Assembly: GCF_009914755.1 (NCBI RefSeq)
Contig: NC_060929.1
Source of the DNA: the human T2T-CHM13v2.0 reference genome, Homo sapiens
Length of the DNA: 64,000 nucleotides
Direction: 5' to 3' (one strand)
Of the stretch, positions 48,034 to 64,000 are shown piece after piece. Every line of letters starts with the position of its first letter. Position 1 is the stretch's first letter. The notes under the pieces were generated by a model. That model ran no database searches. It was not told the origin of the DNA and worked only from the letters and a program-made list of their open reading frames with translations. A program made the translations under genes and the position numbers.

Positions 48034-48848
48034 CTGTCAGAACAGAAAATCAGTAATACAAAAAGAGCGCACCACTGAGGGCCAATGCTAAATTTGCAGT
48101 GAAAGAAATCAGTGGAGCCCTCAACTGCTTTTATTCAGCTCTTAGCAGGAACTGACAAAAATCACAATTTAGCATGACGTTACAACGCAAACTAAAAGCA
48201 CCCTTTAGGAAAGCCACATGTTACTCGTTACATTAGCTCAAATGCTATAAATTGATTCTCTCCATTTAAAAAAATGCCCTTGGGAAAACAGTGTGAATTA
48301 TACTTCACAATGTCCTAAGCAGCCCCCTTCCCTCCTCTTGCTACCTCTCTTCTCTGGGTGCTTCACTATAAAAATATCCTGCATAGAAAATAATGATAGT
48401 CCCTGTCCATATGTTCGTCCCTAGAAGCTCAGCAGCAAATCTACCCTGACAGGAAACCACTCACTTAGTAGCCTCACACAACAAGGAGACCAGCAACCAT
48501 TTGATTCTGGCCATAAACAAAAAGAAGGTAGGTTTATGAGAAATATAAAAATTGGTACAATGTAAGTGGCCCCAAAGTCGTTTATGTTGTTAAATACCAA
48601 ATTTTAAATCATCTCTTCTTAACAATGAAATTCAATGTAATTCATTTGCACCTTGCTTCTTGTAAATTCTGTAATATACTGCCACATACCCTTCTGTTAG
48701 AGACAGCCCTCAGGCATTCTCCATTTCCAAAAGAACACAGCAGGTCAAGCCATGAAGCCAGGTAACTTGGCCACTTGAGAAATTACACTGGTAGCCCTGG
48801 GAACTGTGACTTGCTTTCATCTATTGCAGAACAGATGGGAACTTGTAC

Positions 48849-48970
48849 CTGTTTGGAAGTCTGGCAACGTGCAGGACATTGGAGTCATGTGCAGTTTTCT
48901 GGCAGGCAATCACACGCTTCATTTGAAGGCTATACACGTATAAACCCCTTCCAACTGCAGCAAATACATT
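48849..48970 (-). CDS. WDR41: WDR41 exon, NVFAAVGRGLYVYSLQMKRVIACQKTAHDSNVLHVARLPN
   Basis: cctag|AAT...AG|gtaca, 122 nt. Confidence 0.94.
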
Positions 48971-51421
48971 CTAGGGGAAGAAGTTCAGAAATGGGCATAA
49001 AACTAGCACTCACCCTTCCTAGTGTAATGGATTTCCAGCCCTCATGTGACATCAGAAAGCCACCATTACCTTTCCCATTCCTAGCCTTTAGCCCAAATTA
49101 CAGTACTAATCTCTGAAACCCCAAAATGTCAAAGCACTAAAGAAAGCTCTGAGCATTTAGAAGGTAGGACACAACCACTAATGCAGAGAAAGGTAGGTCT
49201 GCATAGTATATCCCTTAGCGCCACTTCTTCCTCACTGAAATATATCTAGAGAAAAGCTATAGCTAGCAGCCTGGCCCTGCAGTGGAAGCTGTTGAGGGAT
49301 AACCTGAGTTTTCATTTAAATAACACTATATCCTTGGGAAAATTACCTAGCTTCTTCTGCCTGAAAAATGCAAGCAAAATTACTTGCATTCCACATCTTA
49401 AGCAATCAGGAGACCTACAAGTGATACAAAAAAGCACGGCTACAGTGGCATTATCATCATGCAATCCTCTGAAGGTTTCAAAAAACATTTTTCCAAATGT
49501 ACTATTAGAAATAAATACCTTTTTACTAAAACAACTTTAATCTTTTGAAAGCATTTTCACTAATACTTATCTCACTTCAGCCTCACAACATCGTGTTAAG
49601 AAAGGCAAGCATCATTGCCATTTTCCAGATAAGGAATTTAAAATTAAAGAGATTAAAGTCACACAAGAAATGAAACATGGAGTCAATATTAGAATCAAGG
49701 TCATGTTACTCCAGTCCCTTGCTCATTCCTCACGTGACTCACATGCAGTAGTAGCCTTTGAAATTTTTGCAAGCACCTGTCCTAGAATCATCCATTCTTA
49801 CTCAATAGATATCCCCATGAGGCAGACCTTTCAAATATCCCTACATATTGCCTTCTTGTTTTCACCAGAGATTCTGGGCTCTCCAACCTTTCTCACACAG
49901 CCTCCAAGACTACAAACTCAACTCAGACCTATAGTAACTGAACCAAAGCATGCCCCCAAGGCTTGCTGGAATCTTAAATCTTGAATGATCCCCTTGACTC
50001 TCAGGATTAGTACTCTGCAATCAGCAATGCAGCCGAGGCCCAATGCCAGGGCATTAATGAACACTGCTAGCCAATGTACTAAAATGGAAAGCCCTGTGGA
50101 TTGTATTCAATGCCAAAATCCCCCGAAACTCATTCTATAGACCAGGAAATCTGGGCACAGTTTAAGTAATTTATCCAAGGTCAGGAAGAAAATTATAAAC
50201 ACAACTAGAGAATTCATGAGCTTTGGAGGCAGCATTTACTCAATGGGGATGCTATCCCCGCTATCAATAACTAACGGTCCCTTATAGAAGGAAAGAACTC
50301 ACAACAAAAGAAGAAAAATTAGGGAAAACTATACAATGCTTTATCAAGCATATATAGTAGAAAATAAACATCAATTAAAAAATTTAAGATTAAAATACAA
50401 AACTTTTAAATATTAATTTTCACAAAAGTGAGAAAAAACATGTAACATTTAAAATAGATAATTTGTAGGGCTACAACTCTTAGTGATCTAGTCTCTATCT
50501 TTTCTGAAACCATACTGTCTTTATCATGTATATTTAACTTTTTTCAAAATAAAGTTGGGATACAAAGAAACAATCTTTGAATATATTAGTGTTTCTAAGT
50601 CCTGTTCCTATCCTAATCTTTTGTTTTGTTTTTAAAGAGTGGTACAAAGAAAAATGGATCATATTCTCCCCCCACTACATAACACTACTACTGAAATTTT
50701 TAATAAAAATAACGTGCATGCCGTTAGAAAAATTAAACAGTATAGAAAGTCACAAAATAGAGAAAAGCCTCCCCAACTCCTTCTCCTCGAAGGGTACAAT
50801 TCATAAACATTTCTTGTGATTACATTTAGAAAAGTTAATTGCCCTTTAAAAACATTTTCTGAGCCCCTGATGCTAAGAGATTTGTTTTTTCAGATCAGAG
50901 ATAAGATTCAGTAGTCCATTGGTACTAATCTCTCACAGCAAAACAGATCTAAAGTGCTTCAAGAGCATCACTCCCAAGTCCTATAAGATGGAATCCAACA
51001 ATTCTCACTCAATTTATCTTGCCCCAAGATGCCAGCAGACTGAGAAACACTCCTAAAATTTTTAATTTTCTTTGCCTCACTAGGAAATGTGTCAGATCTT
51101 CAAAAGAACTCTTTTTCACAGTGTTTCTTAAAACAATTTTAAGCATTAACCTCAAATCCAATGGGATTATTTAATCCAACCCAAAATTTCAATAATTTTT
51201 AAATCTGTGGCCATTTAATCATTTCCTTGCCTCGAGATTAGAAGCAAAGATTAAAATGCTTAACACAAATCATCCAATTTTAGAAAAAGACCATTTTAAA
51301 GCACAACCTGAAACCATGAATGATACCTTTTTTATGTCCAACATGGGATTAAATTTTTAAAATCAGAAATTGGGTTATATATGTCAAAGGCAAGTTTATA
51401 GATAGTGTATACATTTTTTAC

Positions 51422-51606
51422 CTCTTCATCACATGTGAAATGATGAATAGAAATGTCATTTGATTTTTGACAGAGTTTTATTTCTTGTTGGGTGTCCAGT
51501 TGTGGAGATGGGTCCCAGAAGTTGCGTTCATAGGCCTGCATGGTCCAGTCCAGGGCATCCCAGATGATCAGCTCTCCGACGTGGGAGCCGGTGACAAAAC
51601 TCAAAT
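51422..51606 (-). CDS. WDR41: WDR41 exon, DLSFVTGSHVGELIIWD...FTCDEE
   Basis: cctag|AT...GAG|gtaaa, 185 nt. Confidence 0.95.
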
Positions 51607-51679
51607 CTAGGCAAAGTTCACATATGCCTCATTATCGATCATTTTATCTATGTAAAGATATAACTGAATGGAATGTCTA

Positions 51680-53200
<1,521 letters not shown>

Positions 53201-53220
53201 TTTTAAAACCTTTAAAAAAA

Positions 53221-53548
<328 letters not shown>

Positions 53549-54485
53549 TTATTTTACACACTATATATTTAATAGAAAATGTACAACTGCTAGTCTTATT
53601 TCAAATAAATGTAATTTATTTAAATTATTACATATTTAGGGTAAGACAGAAGACTATAATGCACTTAGTCTAGAAACCCAAGTTCTGATTTTGGCTCTGC
53701 CTGTTGCTAGACAGGTGGTCTTTAGGAAGTAGTTTAACCTTTATCTTGGATTCCTCATGCATTAAATGAGTGACTAAAAATCAAATTGAATAATAAACGT
53801 GTAGCCATTTTAAAAAGACATCAAATATTATCTTTGCGCCCCTGGTAGTATTTTGAGCCCCTGGTATTATTCCACATTAATCGTATTAAAACATCCTGTT
53901 ACTTGTTAATTTAGGAATATACAGATGAGTAATTATGATTTAATTATTTCATTTATCAAATAAACCAGCACGACAGAAATCTCTAATGACCACATGAACA
54001 ATCTCTTAAGAGATACAGAATTACCAGCAATCCTACATGTAAATATTATTTGTCTTGACTCCAAGGCCATAATAGGTAGATTATTAATATCTAATTTCTA
54101 TAGTTTATTAACAGACTCTATAGAACTTGCTCTGTGGAGAAATCACTTCTCATCTGTGGAGCAAAACGGGCTTCTAGTTTTAGTAGTGGGAAAGTTAAGG
54201 CAGTACTCATCTTCCCAGGACCTTCTTTCCCACACCTTTCCCTCCTTTTTCCTATTTCATTCAAACTACAAAAGAACCAGAGAAGCTAAGGAGTGAAGAT
54301 TCCCCTTGACTCTCACTCTGCATCTGTAGTCACAACACAGAATTAACCTACTGAGACCATGCAGCTGCTTGCTCTGACTTAATCCTCCAAGTGTCTGTGA
54401 TACCTCCATGCAGTAGAAACAAAATATTAATGACCAGTTGGAATTTTCCCTAAAAATAAAATACGGCATTCAGCTCAATCAGCAC

Positions 54486-54803
<318 letters not shown>

Positions 54804-55503
54804 TAAGCAGTTTACACATGGCAAACTAATTCCCAAACAGGTCATTCAAAATGTTTCATGACAAACAACCTCAATTATATATTATTAGTGGATGGATTTT
54901 CATCCTGTGTCAAAAGCCACTTAGTATGAAAATCTCACCTGGTATCTGTCTATCCATCCCTCACAAGTACTAGTACTTCATGATTACCAAAAGATGCTGG
55001 CAACATAATACAAGAAAAGGAATAAAATAAAGGAGCACCCAGAGCCTTCTGCCTGGAGAGATTATCAGTTATTTTTTGTCTGTCTTAGAAAACCTTCTGC
55101 CTGGGCATTCCAATCTTTTTAGCAAATCTGGTATTCATTATCCACACTTGTTGGTATTCTCTCATACAATTCTAAGGTTGCCCTGGGGCCACCCCTCTGA
55201 AAACAGATTTGCCCTGTGATGTACAATCCCAAGCAACTGGCCATATCTTTCATTGGTAATGGGTGAGGAGAAAGGAGCAGAGCTCCTGCAAGTGAAGCAG
55301 GGAACTGTACAACATAAACATTTCAGGATCACTGACATCCACATCATGGCTAACGTGCCTATGTACTGCAAGATGAGACTGTCAGCAGATCATTTTCAAA
55401 TTTTAACAGACTACTTGGTCATGTTTGATTCCTAAATACGCCTTTGGCTTATTTATTATCTGTAGTATAATTTTATAGTCATAGAGTTTATAAAGTAAAA
55501 AGT

Positions 55504-58505
<3,002 letters not shown>

Positions 58506-59195
58506 GATAGTAAAAAACAGTAAAAAGTGCATGAGGCTTTCTGTAACTTTCATAAACAACTTTTTTCTTTAGTTTTCCCTTTTTTCCCCTTACGAATTTG
58601 GCAAATGAATACTCGAAGAAAGCTTTCAGAAACTGCTGTAAGTTCCTCTGCATATCACATGGTAAAAGACATGCCATGAAGTTCAGGCTATCTTGTATCA
58701 TCCTATCATCTTCATTTAAGTAACCATGCTGGCTCAGTGGTGCCAGTGCTTCACTGCTAAAACAAAATAACTAAGCATGACCGGTGTAATGGGCCGAATA
58801 CTGCTGGGCTTTTCTCAGCAGCCCTGGGAACTTGAGACTTAAGACTCAGTGTCACCAATGAGGCTTCAGAGGGCTTCCCAAATAAGAACTTGCCTTCTGT
58901 GCTGTCTCCATCCATGGCTAGAGAAAAAGAGCCCCCAGAGAAAATTAAAGGGACACCAGCAACCATTGTTATTTCTATCAACACAGACAATCTAGTCCTT
59001 AGAAAGACCTGCAGCTGAGTTTTACAATAAGATGGCTATTTGGGAGGAAGATTTTGGAGCTGGGAGGGACACTCTTACTGGTGTATCTGAACATGTGACT
59101 GAATGGACACAAATGGAGACTAGACTTGGTACTCTCTGTGTCCCTCGCTCCCCTTTGTCTCACATTCACGCAAAATACTGCTTAAAAACAAAGCC

Positions 59196-59559
<364 letters not shown>

Positions 59560-60367
59560 CTAGCCCTCCCACTACATCATACTCCCAAGCAGCCTTACAG
59601 GATCGTCCTGCAGGCTCCACCAGACTATCAAACTGAAGCCACCAAAAGCCCTCTCATGTGACTTCATACACAGATCACCCAGCACAGTTCTGATGATATA
59701 AGCTGTCACTTATCTGCAAGTGAACTGAATGTCAAGATCAGTGGTTTGTGATCTTGCCACCTGATGTCAGATTTAGCTCACAGGAGATACTCATTAAAAT
59801 CATTTAGGAAGCCAAATAGGATGTACAGCAGGTCAAAACCCCCACCACGAGGAAGGAAGGGAAGACATGACCCATTTTCTGCAGACTTTTACTTTAGTTT
59901 GGTATTATTCTTTGAGAGTCTTCAACCAGGATTACAACTGGCTTGAATCCTGCTCATTCTAGTGTAAGTGTGTAACTTGCTATGTGATATTGTATGGTGT
60001 GGACAGCAAGACAAAAGGGCATATTTCCAATCTCTCTACAAAAGAGGAACTAGCCAGAAACAGCTGCCAAAAATGCTGAAACAGCCTGTGACAGTCATCC
60101 CACAGCTACCAAGCAGTGCCTGAGATCATTATGTTCTCCTCTATTTTCTCTGCCTTACACTATTTTCCTTGTCCCTAAATCTTAGACCTAGCAATCTAGG
60201 AAACTTGCTCAGCTCCACCGGCTAAAACTTCAGAGTAAAAGAGAATGACAATCCCATTATTTTAGTGACTTATTCTAGAATCCCAGAACTAAGCAAGGCT
60301 CGTGTTCAGAGCAGGTTGTGTTAACAAGCACAAAACTGTACATAATAAATGTACACAATGAGCTTAC

Positions 60368-60478
60368 CATTGACATTAATCAATGAGAGAATATTATCCT
60401 GGTGATCAAGGAGGCGCTTAACTTCAAGAATATCCCATTCTAGTGATCCTTCTGTGGGTGCTACCAACCTGAAAATTA
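60368..60478 (-). CDS. WDR41: WDR41 exon, IIFRLVAPTEGSLEWDILEVKRLLDHQDNILSLINVN
   Basis: tttag|TA...AATG|gtaag, 111 nt, phase 1-1. Confidence 0.93.
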
Positions 60479-61898
60479 CTAAATGAAAAAGACAGATAAA
60501 ATTTTATTACAATGCTCTAAGAGGATAAAATACTACTCCTGCTCTAAAAACAAGCATTTCATTAAGTGAAAAATACCTACCATACTGAAAAACCCATCTC
60601 CAAAAAAAAGCCTTATTCATACTACTTTAAACTATTTCTTTCAAATGCTTGAGATGTTTGAGATGATCTACTAAAACCCATACTGAATGTGTCCTGAAGA
60701 ACTCTCTTCCTTTACTGACTTTTCCAAACAGTGAAGCTCCCATTCTCTCTAGGGTTTCAACGGATGTCTTGTTATCTCAACTCACTCCCTCCCTAATCAG
60801 TGACTAGCCCACATCCCTCAATCACCTCCAACATCAGCTTTCTCTACTCATGTCTCTTACTCATGTAAGCATTGCGACAGAATAAGCTGCAAATCCAAGT
60901 TTAACTTCAACTCAGTGAAGACATAAGCAACTTCTTTTTTAAAAAGCTTCTGATTCCTAGGCATATACCATTAAATTATAAATTCTCTGAGTATGTCTTA
61001 TAATGTTTATATATCATACAGTTCTTCTGACTATAGTAATGTTCAATGTGTTGCTTTACTCATTATCTGACTTTAACAAATACAGTTTTATTTAAACTAG
61101 TATAAATCCTAACTTTAATCAATACAGAAAACCCATAATAAAATCCACAGACGTGATTCTATCATCATTTACTAAACATTTATGTTCCAGGAACTCTACG
61201 TACCAAATGTGAATAAGGCCCAGTCACAAATGCTCAGTCTAGAGTGGGAGAGAGACTTGTTTATAAACAGGCTTACCGTCAATGTACTGAGTGTTTTAAA
61301 AATACACCACTGGACCAGGTGCTGTGGATGCTCAAAGATTAGCATCACTAACATCTGAGAAGTGACAAGTCTCTGAGATCATGTCCTTTTCAAATTACGA
61401 AAGTATCTTTTCTTTCTCACATTTCTCTCTAGAAGATAGGTCATGCCATGCTTCTTTCTGTGTCTCTGACAATATTTTACCAAACTACAAATCTCTATCC
61501 AGGTTATTTAATCCTGACAGCTACTCATATTCAAACTGTGGTTGTCAAAAGAAGGTTTTTCAGTCAATAGAAAAGAGAACTCTTTCTGATACACATTGAA
61601 CTTATGGGAAATTCTACTTTAGTTGGAATATTATGAAGTGATCTTGAGACTGGAATTTTGGAATAACAAGCAATAAACTGTTTAACCAAGCTAACATACT
61701 GATTAAAACACTGATAAGAAAAAGAAACCTGGCCTAACATCCTGAAAATGTCTTAGTCTCTGTATCACTTCAACAATCCCAAGAAGCCAAGAGTGGGGCA
61801 CACGCAATGTCCCTTAAATAAAAAATTACTTTAGTCCTTCCAGCATGTGTATACAATTCTCGTTCAAAATACACAAAAAGAAAAAAATTCATACTCAC

Positions 61899-61961
61899 TC
61901 AGTTCTTTGCCAACTGCTGCCACAACACAGTTCTTAGGTATTTCAACCAAAGCACTAATAC
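61899..61961 (-). CDS. WDR41: WDR41 exon, GISALVEIPKNCVVAAVGKEL
   Basis: ttttggag|GT...CTGA|gtgag, 63 nt, phase 1-1; matches the recalled WDR41 protein; absent from the ORF track. Confidence 0.9.
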   Translation of the reverse strand, partial: VLVLWLKYLRTVLWQQLAKN

Positions 61962-64000
61962 CTCCAAAAACATATAAAACAAAGTTCAAATTATTTTTCT
62001 CACAGATTATATCAAAAACAAAAACATTCTCAGTTTTATGTCAGTCGTTTTCCATAAAGAAGATAAAGCACACAGAACTAGCTCCACACACACTTCCTTG
62101 CTTGCTTACTAATGGAAAATGATTGTTAAATGTAGGTTTCTGAGACTTTTGGAAGACATTATTGATTTATTAAGAGCAGAATATGGGGTTGGGTTTTTTT
62201 GTACTTTTTTTTACTATTGTGATAAAGTGGTAGATTCAGCAATTCACACTTATTTACCAGGGATCCCTTAAGATAATCACCATCACCCATTTACAAGATG
62301 GCTAGCTCAAAAGTGATGTAAAATTGGGGTTTTCCTTCATGTAAACTTTAGAAGCCTGAGCAGGCTCCCTGGCATTGAATGAACTAGCCAACAGTCAGCA
62401 GCTAAGAAAGCAGCCTTCAAATAGCATGTTTGTGATCCACTAATACATGTAAAATTTTTCTTCTATTAATGAAAGAATCAGATTCAACATTCTAACACAC
62501 TTCACTTATTTAAGTAAAGAGGTTAATGATTTTAGCGTAACTATAACTTCTACAAGGCATGTTACAATTTTGCTTCTGTCAGTATGAATAAAAGAGTTGA
62601 TAAATTAGAACCACCACGTGTTGGCAAAAAAAAAAACCTGTTTAATTTTTCCATTATGATATATATGTAATTTATAATATATATGCAAGTGTAGAAAACG
62701 GTCTAGTCATTTGCTTATCCTTCCCATCCATCAAAGGACTGACTGTTGTGATTTGGATAGTATTTCTGGCCAAGATTTTTCTCCACATAGGCATATTTTA
62801 ACAGTAGGTTTTGTATTTTCCCATGTACAAGAAGGAGGAAATGGTGCTGCAAGGAAGGCAAAGGAATGGTACAGAGAAGGCAGAGGACATGGGAGAACAG
62901 CAGGGTGGGTAGCAAGAGAAGAATTCTAAATGCAGAAAACAGCTTGTTTAAAAATCTTTCACTAAATTATATGTGAAAATACTAGAAGCCCAACAATCCA
63001 GATGTAGCAACCTAATACTCAGAATCACAAAACATATTACTGGAAAGGACACGGATGCCCTGTGTTTTAGTCCAGGGCTCCTTCCATTGTATCACATTGA
63101 CTAAGATTGTCTTTGCTTATTTCCAAACACAGAATAACTGCTTGTAAAAGCTCCACCAGTCCATAAATCAAGCAGGGCTTATGAAAGGACATCATGACAT
63201 AAGGATCTAATAACACTATTAACAATCTGGCCTCCAGTAATTTGGAAAACCCAAATGATGAACAGCTCACCAATAGTAACCCATGGCCTTCTCAAGGCTT
63301 TCCCATAGATACCCTCAAAGCCTTCTGTTAACTCTTGAGACACTGATAAATGGCAGTATTGTAATGATTTAATATATAGTACTTAAACATAACTTGCAAA
63401 ACAAAGGGAGACTGCAATAAGAGGTGGCTATTTCCAGGAACACACAGAAGATTCTTTTCAGCCCCAATTTCAACATTTTACAATATAACTTTACCAAAAT
63501 AAAATTCATGAAAACCACAGGCTAGTGAAAGAGAGAGAAAAATGAACATAAAGACACATAATTCATGATAATAGTAAACAGGGAAATATATTCTAGATTT
63601 GAGCAAGACTATTAGTAATCAAATGTTGAACTGAGTGGTTAAATTGTAAACCCTAGCAATGTATGGATTTAGTTTTCCTAAGTCATTATGTTTCTGATAC
63701 TTTAAAATATCTACGTGGAGCTAAGCTAGCTCCTATTAGTAACTAAATTCAATTCACAGGGCTCCTGCTACCACTGAAATATCAACAACATGCACAACAA
63801 TGTTCCTTCTAGGATACCCAGGCTCATTTGATTATTTTTAGAAATAACAATAGTTAGTGTGACTTCAAGGTTGTTATTAAAATCTACTCATTTAAATATT
63901 TTACTCTAAAAATAGATTTTATTTTTTAAGATCCTTGGTATCAAAAAGTCAAAACTGATTTGATTATTTTTTTTCTGTTGAAACCAAAATCGTATGTACA

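Noticed and set aside
62000-64000. Search for the next upstream WDR41 exon
   Set aside because: No matching coding sequence found; it presumably lies beyond the window, as does the PDE8B exon preceding 10513

Overview
This is eukaryotic genomic DNA, almost certainly human given a consensus-like AluYa5, and not a microbial accessory region. The + strand carries the last 12 coding exons of PDE8B (cAMP phosphodiesterase 8B: linker plus the whole HD-type catalytic domain, stop at 37161-37163) and its 3' UTR. The - strand carries the last 7 coding exons of WDR41 (WD40 partner of C9orf72-SMCR8, stop at 43746-43744), so the two genes are convergent, tail to tail. All exons were reconstructed by hand; all splice sites are GT-AG and the reading phases are consistent. 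The introns and the intergenic gap hold about 20 Alus, a ~7.4 kb degenerate two-LTR provirus, a solo ERV1 LTR, three L1PA/PB pieces, a near full-length Tigger1, and MER3, L2 and MIR relics. I see no clear new biological system. The best leads are a pristine AluYa5 that forms inverted Alu pairs around frame-preserving catalytic exons, an apparently mosaic provirus with a tRNA-Arg-type PBS, an unexplained ~200-bp dispersed duplication, and a candidate WDR41 poly(A) signal inside Tigger1. Repeat subfamily names and exon numbers come from memory and need RepeatMasker or annotation checks.
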